Positions 55,722 through 64,000 of a DNA stretch of 64,000 nt are shown here, in pieces. Every line of letters begins with the position of its first letter. Within the stretch, counting starts at the first letter, position 1. This DNA is from the human T2T-CHM13v2.0 reference genome, Homo sapiens, in NCBI RefSeq assembly GCF_009914755.1, contig NC_060937.1. The stretch is one strand, 5' to 3'. The notes beneath the pieces were generated by a model, which worked only from the letters and a program-made list of their open reading frames with translations, did no database searches and had not been told where the DNA came from. A program made the position numbers and the translations under genes.

Positions 55722-57157
55722 GCCATAGAATAAAACCAAAAAGGATTGATTCTGAGTTGCATCAGTCATGTTATAGTAAGAGCTTTCATAACATTTTTAG
55801 TCTGTTTGATGCTTTCATATCAACTTTTGTCTCAATTTTTGCTTAAAGCCAAATATTTTGTTTGCAAGGATTGGATTTGTAGGCAAGAATCTTGATGGTT
55901 TCTTGGAAATTTGTTGTGATTGGGAGGCAGTGCACAAGACGCACCTTGTTTGGTAACTGTCATATTTTAAACAGACAATGACCTTTGAATTATAGTGTTG
56001 TGCCTCTTGTGTATAAAAACAAATTTAATCAGGCCTTTATGTTTCTTTTTAGCCAATCTTGGGAATGTGGTTGGTTTGTTAGTTTAAATTTTCCTCATTT
56101 TCTTTATATCAGGCACTTAGTAGTAGAACTGGTAAAAGTCAAGGTTTGTTTTTATAGAAGACATCTGAACATATAAGAATATGCCATTTTATTCTTACTG
56201 AAAGAACTGAATATTAAGTAAATAAGTGGAAAATAAAATACAAATCAACAGTAAAAAGTTAAAAACGTCAAAAATTTAAAAAGAGCAAATTACCTCATAG
56301 TATTTTCAATGACCTCAAAGCTTCTCTCTCTCTTTCTTTCTTTCTCTCTCTCACTCACAAACACACACACACTCCCAAATTATTGACGCCAACTATTTTT
56401 TAATAACTTTTAGTTGAGAGAGGAATGAGGTATTGGTGGGGGATATTGTAAAATTAAAGAAATAACAAAGTATACCAATTCCAAAGTATTTAAAAATCCC
56501 TGTTTTCTAGGGATACCATTAAAATTATCACAAATTTTGTTCCAATAGAGGATAGTCCACTAATTTACAATAAAGCTTGAAAATTAAAAAGTTCTAGAAT
56601 TCTCCTCTTTTCTCTGGAGGGTTTATTGTTGATTATATAAAGTAAAGGAACTGGAGACAATTTGAAGATGAGGTGGAAGGGGGTGGATGGAATAAGTGAA
56701 CTGGAGGAGGAAGTGAGTGGGGGAGGTGAGGGCTTTTCAGATATTGCAGATATTGTGAGTGGGGAGGGAACAAGGACACACTTTTGGGACACCCCAGTGG
56801 TTTGAGAGATTCAGTCCATCAGAATGTGCAAGAAGTAAAGGAAAATACCAACAGAAACACTAGCATAAACGAGGGAGACCATGTGAGCCACATTTTCCTA
56901 GCGTAGTCTATTCAATGTTGAGATGCTGAGAAGGAGAAGCGGGCAAAGAAAGAGCCTGGCCATTTCATTTTCTTGTCAGATGGCTTCTGTCCCATTTCCT
57001 CATGTGTCACATGGTAATGCAGGTATATTCATCCTAGAAACAATCGCTGAGAACTGGCTAAGTCAGGACTACCGAAGACTCAAGGATAAATAAGCTCAGG
57101 GCTCAGTCTTCAAGGTGTTTACATTATGATAGGGGAGACAGACACAGAGCTGTCAAC

Positions 57158-57177
57158 GTGTGTGTGTGTGTGTGTGT
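57158..57177. repeat. (GT)n microsatellite
   Basis: gtgtgt run followed by TA/TG-rich low-complexity sequence. Confidence 0.9.
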
Positions 57178-57704
57178 AGGTCTGCTATATATGTATTATA
57201 TATGTATGAATCTCATATGTATTAGAGATCCATAAGTATAAATATATTGTGTACATATATGTGGAGGTATGTACATATACGTGCATAGGTAGTATATACA
57301 GCTTAGGTAGTATGCTTCCCCCAGATGTAGCTGGGCACAGGTCTCACATAATCATTGCAACCAATACTCAAGCATCCTGTGATCATTTGAAAACATGCCT
57401 GTTAAATGAATACTGTTCATGTCACTCATGAATGGAAGGTAGAAAATGACTATAAAAATTCATGTGTTTCTAGCATTTGTTTACATGGCTTTTAAATACA
57501 AAATTTTAGAAGCAATCTAAATATGTCGCCTACTTTAACTTAATAAAAGTCATAATAGTATAGAATTCTCTTGTATCTATCTACTAAATCAAATTATTGC
57601 ATGCATTTTGAACTTCATTTACTTAATGAAATATTTAGGTTTTTTTAATTGTAAAAATAGAGGAAGTTATAGGAAACTTGGAAACATTGTAAAAATATGG
57701 TAGG

Positions 57705-58187
57705 TGTGGTAGATTGGATTATGGTCCCCCAAAGATGTTCATATCCTAATGTCCGGGCTCTGTGAATATGTTATCTTACATGTTAAAAGGGACTTTGCAG
57801 ATGTGATTAAATTAATACATTGACATGAGAGAATTATCCTGGGGTATTCAGGTGGGCCCAATATAATCACAAGTGTCCTTATAAGAGGGAGATGAGAGGA
57901 TCAGAGTCATTGACAGGAGATGTGGTGGCAGAGCAAGAGGTTGAAATGACACCACGAAGAGATCATGGACCAGGAATGCAGCTGACCTCTAGAAGCTGGG
58001 AAAGTCAAGGAAACAGATTCTCTCCTTAGAGCCTCCAGAAGGAAATAACCCTGCCGACATTTTGACTTTAGCCCAGTGACACTAATTTTAGACTTTTGAC
58101 CTCCAGGACTATCAGATAATAAATTATGTTGCTATAAACCACTAAGTTTGTGGCAATTTGTTACATGAGCAATAGAAAACTAATATG
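57705..58187 (+). mobile_element. MLT1D solo LTR
   Basis: tgtggtag...cccccaaagatgt...aaaagggactttgcagatgtgattaa...agagcctccagaagga...agcaatagaaaactaata. Confidence 0.88.
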
Positions 58188-58699
58188 ACCATGGATTATT
58201 AGGGGAGAGATAAAATAGATTTCAAGAAAGAAAACTCTGCTGTGATGGATATGGGAACACTGAGGAAAGAGAAGAAAGATTGGGTCTAAGAAGAGAAAAA
58301 TGCCATGCCAATCAAACAGAAGAGAATGTAAGAAGCAACAAGTTATCATCCAAGAGAAATGAATTATGCAGTACTAAAGTAAACACTGCACTCCACAGGG
58401 ACACCTCTCATTCTGTTCCTTTTTTCTTGGAAGTTCCTGCATGATGAACCTTTTAGAAAACCATCAATAAGTCCCAGGGACTGACTCTTGAGAGGATCTT
58501 CATATACCTTCTAAAACCTACATTTAGTCATAGAAAACTAATGATATTTATCAACAACATTGTGTATTAAAGAGCTTGACCACTGGGCACAGTAAGTGTG
58601 CCTGAGAAGAGGAGAACTACTAATTGTGCTTATGGTTTTGTTCTTAGATATACCTCATGTATGAATAAATAAAATGTATTAACAGTTTACTAAGAGTTA

Positions 58700-58920
58700 A
58701 CTTTTAGATAGCACCTTAGCAAAATTGCAGGCCCTGTTCTAAGTGCTTTTTCTGTGTTAACACAGTTGATCCTCGCAATGACCCTATGGGAAAGGTACTG
58801 TTTTATTATTCTCGTTTTACAGGTGAGAAAACTGAGAAAAGAGGAGTTAAATGACTTGCCAAAATGTTACTCAAGTAGTCATTGGCAGAGACCATCTGGC
58901 ACCTGAATTTGTACTCTTAA
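58700..58920 (-). mobile_element. MIR
   Basis: gttttacaggtgagaaaactgag...gttaaatgacttgcc. Confidence 0.8.
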
Positions 58921-59335
58921 GCAATAGTTAAACTGCCTTTGCTATTAAGTTCTTCTAGAATGGCATATGGTATGCTGGGTACAACTAGATTATCATATAA
59001 TGCAGTTGGGTATTACAATAAAATAATATACAGAGTTCCCTTGGAGCAGGGAGAAAGGGGGAAGCTAGCTGTGATTGGCGTCTGAAATGGTAGGAAAAGC
59101 TCCATAGATCAGGTTTTGTGTTTGCAGGGACTGAGAAAGTGAGTAAGAGATCACTAAAGTGCACAAGAAATGGACATTTCAAGTCACAGGAATGGCATTA
59201 ATACAGATATTAAAAGCCTAAAATATTATAATATGTTTGGGCAACAGCAAGGATTTTGATGTGGTTAAAGCTTAGGGCACATAGTGGGAAGTGGTGGGAG
59301 ATGAGGCTGGAATAGTTGAAAGTGACTTAACAAGA

Positions 59336-59502
59336 CATCTTAGACCAACTTTCTGCATTTCCTATTTTCTCCATCCAATACGGTATTTGAAATGTGGCCA
59401 GTGTAACTGTAGAGCTGAATTGTAAATTTATTTAATTTTAATTAGTATAAAAATTTTAAATAGCCACATGTAGAACAGTAGCTGCTACATTAGACAGCAG
59501 AG
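59336..59502. mobile_element. MER3-like hAT-Charlie MITE within L2 remnant
   Basis: ttgaaatgtggccagtgtaact...ttttaaatagccacatgt...attagacagcag. Confidence 0.7.
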
Positions 59503-60129
59503 TTGTGTATGAATCTAAAATGTTTGAATTTCATGCAACACGGGGAACTTATGATGGGTTGGAAAATGGGGAGCGACATGATTATATCTGTCTTTTGGAA
59601 AAATAGCATTAGGGAATGGACTGTCTTTACTGGAGAGAAATTTACAACTGTATGCAAGGCCATGCTTGTAGTTCACTTTTAGCAGTTCCAAGGCTCAGGG
59701 GAACCATGCATTAAACCATCAGTGCTGTTGCTTTAGTCACAGCTAACTGAGATGGTGTAGGTGTCTGTCCTTTTATGGCTAGCCAGAGACCCAAGAGATG
59801 GCCCCGTGCAAGACCTCTTCCCACAGAAACTCAGTATGGGATGGTGGCTAACTGACTCAGCAGATCTCTCTCAGGGGATTTAAACTGAAACATATAGAGA
59901 CTATGATAAACTGGTAGCATGGCAGAAAGAAGCAGGTAGAGAATCAAGGTTAGAGAGCTGAGTCATGAGCATGCGAGACTCAGAGCTGTCCTTGGGTCCC
60001 CAGATTTGTGCCAACTAGTGTTGGTTTTGCAAAGTAATGAGCAGCTTGTATATTTAAGATCTAAGAAAGGCTGCTGAGACAATATTCTGTCTTCCTAACC
60101 ACCCCTAAATCTTTATACTAAACCCTCTG

Positions 60130-60700
60130 GGATGTGAAGGTTAATTCTAGCAGGCCTGAAGCTAGCCTGAGTTGTTCTGCTGAAATGTGAAATGAGCCTG
60201 CACAGCCCTGATCTGAAACATACTGATTGGTCGCATGGCTTTGTAACCAAGCACCCCAAGAGTTTCAGGTTGATTTTTACCAGCTAATCATTATTGTTTA
60301 TTGATAACAGTGAGACTGACGATTTGTGTCTGCTGAAACCCCAGGAGGCAGGGTCACGTAGCAGGATATGTCTATGGGATCAGCAGGGAATAAGATACTG
60401 CAGCTGAAACTCCATTTGGGTGTTTCATTCACAAGTCAGTGGTTCTTGGCCTGAGGGAGAAAGTGGATCCTGAGAAGAACCTTGTGGAGAAAGGACAGTT
60501 GGAACTTGCCCTTGGCTCCGGCTTTTTGCTATGAGACAGCCCCTAGCTGTGATGCTTATCTCTACTTTAATGCAGTTGTTACATTTTATCTTTTTCTTGT
60601 GATAAACTGTAGACTTCGAAGTATCATCATTTTGGATTCTTTGGGTCTGCTCTGCTTAACTGTGCTGCCGTTAGCTGAGGTTTCCAGATCTTATCACTGA
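60130..60700 (+). mobile_element. Ancient ERVL LTR (MER21/MER68/MER77 family)
   Basis: tttgtaaccaagcaccccaa...gggagaaaggacag-like segment, gataaactgtag polyA region; diverged. Confidence 0.4.
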
Positions 60701-61052
60701 TCCGTACAACCTGAAAGAGCCTAACTGACTGAGCAGGGGTTAGAGTTGAACTGGAAAGAGACCAGTTAACAGGTGATGAAAACAGTGTTTTCTCAGGATG
60801 ATGAGGGCCTGAATTAGGCAGTGGTGGGAATCAAGTGGAAGGGAGACTGAATTAGGAGGTAGAATTGATAGTAATAGTTGAGTGATGAACTAAATTGGAT
60901 GTAGTTTAAAGCAGTGGGGAGAAGGTGAGGCAGGAGGCAATGGTGATGGGGGTTCCAACCTTGGGCAATAAGTTTAGCTATGATAATTATTATTTGAGCA
61001 ATCTCTGTAAAATGCAGAGAAATCTTCCCTTGTTTTAAGAAAGCAGTGAGAG

Positions 61053-61347
61053 GGCCAGGCACGGTGGCTGACCCCTGTAATCCCAGCACTTTGGGAGGCC
61101 AAGGCAGGCGGATCACCTGAGGTCAGGGGTACAAGACAAGCCTGTCCAACATGGTGAAATGCCGTCTGTACTAAAAATACAAAAACATTAGCTGGGTGTG
61201 GTGGCAGATGCCTGTAATCCCAGCTACTCGGGAGGCTGAAGCAGGAGAATCACTTGAACCCGGAGGCGGAGGTTGCAGTGAGCCCAGATCGTGCCACAGC
61301 ACTCCAGCCTGGGCAACAAGAGCAAGACTCTGTCTCAAAGAAAAAAA
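61053..61347 (+). mobile_element. AluSq/Sx
   Basis: gatcacctgaggtcagg, gggcaacaagagc; degenerate TSD aagaaagcagtgagag/aaaaaatcagtgagtg. Confidence 0.93.
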
Positions 61348-62349
61348 AAAAAATCAGTGAGTGTTCCGGGTGAATTGAAGAGAATACTTTAGTCTTTCAA
61401 GAAAATCAGATTTATAAACCAGATAAACCAGACTTTAGGTAAGCAATAAATACCCCTTATGCATGCACACTTGTTTATGATTATTATTCCTTCATTTAAT
61501 CAACAAACATTAAATGTTACTATATGGATCATATATGTATATGTCTGAGTAAATATCTATACGAGTCAAGAATTGTGCTATGTGTTAGTATAAAAACAAA
61601 TGTGAAGGCCTGGTCTCTGATCTCAAGGGGCTTATGATGTAATACCATTAAGTATTTGGTGATGAAGAGACATGAATAAAGAGAATTAACTAAATTGAGG
61701 AAAATTATGAAATAATCTGAGTTTAAAAGTAAGATTTTAATTACAAAAATTGGCCATTCTTATTTTTTCAATGGGAGAAAAAAAATTCTTACTTCTAATC
61801 CCCATGGAATGGTTTATTTCAGACTGCAGCCAGGAGAATTACACTATATTTGCAGTGTGGCTCATGATTGTCTCCAGAAAATGTGGACCCATAACACCCT
61901 GAGGAGCTGGGGTTGCTGGGGCTGCCAAGTTGCTATTTTGGTAGAGGAAATGAGGCAGGAAAGTTGCAGAATTGTTCACTATTAAGGGGAAATGTGGAAG
62001 ACATTAAGAAGATGACAGAGTGGATGAATGGTTCTTCTTCTTCTTGACCATCTAATCATTGTCCTCTCAGACTTTAAAACTCTGCATCAAAATCACCTCC
62101 CAGGTTCTTCCTTCTCTCCAGTATGTGATGTCTGGCATTGAAAATTTCTGTGTATGACTTTATCATGGTGTGTTATAGCTATTTAATTCAATGTCTGTCC
62201 CTCCAAACAAATTGTAAATTCTTGGTGAGCAAGACTGGGTCTCATTAATTTTCCTTTCCCTTGGGATAGAAGCAATACTAAGAGAATTATGGGTACTTAA
62301 TGCTTGTTAAATGAAGAAATGATTGAAAGAAGACAAATGAGAATAAGAA

Positions 62350-62870
62350 GGATAAGTTGGTAAATCCATTACGGAGGGCAGTTTGGCAAGATTTGCTCTA
62401 CCAAAGTTAAAATGTGCAAACACATGGGCCCAGCAATTACATTTTTAAGAATTTATCCTACAGATTCACACATGTGCCAGCTGATTTATGTACAGTGTTA
62501 TTGATGGCAGCATTGTTAGCAGAAGTTTGAAAATAATGGAAATGCCCATCAACAGTGGATTGATGACATAGATTATGGACTATCCATGTCATGGAATACC
62601 AAGCAACTGTGAAGAATCAATATAGCAAGATCTTCAGAATATAATCTTAAAGGAAATAAGCAATATTCAGAACAGTATAATATATCCATATCTTACATTT
62701 GCTTGTATATGCATAAATGTCTCTGGAAAGACCCAGAAGAAACTAATAACTGCTTTTTTTGTTGGAGAGAAAGGTTTGGAGGAAAAGGAAGACTTTTCAT
62801 TTATTCCATTTTATACTTTTTAGTTTCCAAACAATGTTATATATTACTGGGTTCAAAATATAGCATAAAT
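62350..62870 (+). mobile_element. L1ME 3' fragment
   Basis: ggagggcagtttggcaa...cccagcaattacatttttaagaatttatccta...aaatgcccatcaacag. Confidence 0.65.
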
Positions 62871-62879
62871 ATACAAAAA

Positions 62880-63680
62880 AGAAAACTGCACACGCATGTT
62901 TATACCAGCTTTATTTATAATTGCCGAAACTTGGCAGCAACAAAGATGTCCTTCAGTAGGTGAAGTGAATAAATAAATAAACTGTGGTACATCCAGACAA
63001 AGGGATATTATTATTACTGTTATTTTATTTTATTTTTTTTTTAAGTCAGGATCTTAGTGTGTTGCCCAGGCTGGTCTTGAACTTCTGGCCTCAAGCAATC
63101 CTACCACCTCAGCTTCCCAAAGTGCTGGGATTATGGGTGTGACCTACCATGCCTGGCCTTGGAATATTATTTAACACTCAAAAGAAATGAACTATTAAGC
63201 CATGGAGAAAACTTAAATGGAAAGACATGACGAAAACTTCAATGCATATTACTATGTAAAAGAAGCCAGTCTGGAAAATGCTACATACTACATGATTCCA
63301 ACAATACGACATTCTGCGAAAGGCAAAACTATGGAGACAGTAAAAAGAACAGCGGTTAACAGGGGCTGCAGGGAGGGAGGTATGACTAGGCAGCACACAA
63401 AGGATTTTTTAGGGCAGCAAAACTACTCTGTGTGGTACTATAATGGTGGATACATGTCATTAGGCATTTCTCCAAACTCAAAGAATATACAAAACCAAGA
63501 ATGAACCCTGATGTAAACTATGGACTTCGGGTGTTAGTGATGCATCCATGCAGGTTCATTAATTGTAACAAATGTCCCACTGTGATGTGGGATGTTGGTA
63601 ATGGGGACACTGAGGGTATACATGAACTCTTTGTTGTTTATTCTGAATTTTGCTGTGAACCTAAACTCAAAAAAACGGTG
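62880..63680 (+). mobile_element. L1MC1/2-like 3' end, split by FLAM
   Basis: caaagatgtccttcagtaggtgaa...aaaggcaaaactatggagacagtaaaaaga...gaaccctgatgtaaactatggact. Confidence 0.82.
63013..63158 (-). mobile_element. FLAM_C / Alu left monomer
   Basis: tgttgcccaggctggtcttgaacttctggcctcaagcaatcc...gcctggcc; TSD-like ggatattatt/gaatattatt. Confidence 0.88.
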
Positions 63681-64000
63681 CTCATTTTGGCTGGTTGTTT
63701 CTTTGGATATAACACATAGACAAAGCAATGTGATGTTGCAACATCTAATTTTATGAGACAGGGTCAGAAAACATTCCCCCATTCAAGACCTGTGGTGGAT
63801 ATTGCTAATTAACCATGGACATTCCCTTGTTGAGTCCCTACTTGCTTACAAACCTCAACATATTCCTCCAGGAAGCCATCACCAATCAATTGGCATTTGT
63901 ACCTGAGATAAAACCCATTTGGCATTTCAGCTTCTGAGCTTACAGTTCTAGAGAGATCTTAAGAACTCCAACACTGAAAGTGAATAGGTGTGGTGAAGCC

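Overview
This is primate genomic DNA, almost certainly human, because it carries an L1HS-Ta and an AluYa-lineage element. It looks intronic or intergenic: AT-rich and densely filled with transposable elements. I cannot support any host protein-coding exon or name a host gene. The ORF-track entries I could place are Alu, LINE or LTR by-products, and the rest are short ORFs with no recognisable protein. I found no evidence of a new biological system. The most notable items are: a 5'-truncated L1HS Ta-0 and a 5'-truncated AluYa4/5-type insertion, both candidate presence/absence polymorphisms; nested insertions (LTR12C in an Alu in MER50; LTR18A in an Alu in an orphan retrocopy in an old L1); an L1MA collapsed to its two ends; a tailless U2 snRNA retro-fragment; a strong CTCF motif; several fold-back or template-switch scars, including a perfect 21-bp inverted repeat; a 75-bp dispersed duplication; and a candidate 41-nt exon between an inverted AluY pair. 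Subfamily names come from recalled consensus sequences and need RepeatMasker/Dfam confirmation.
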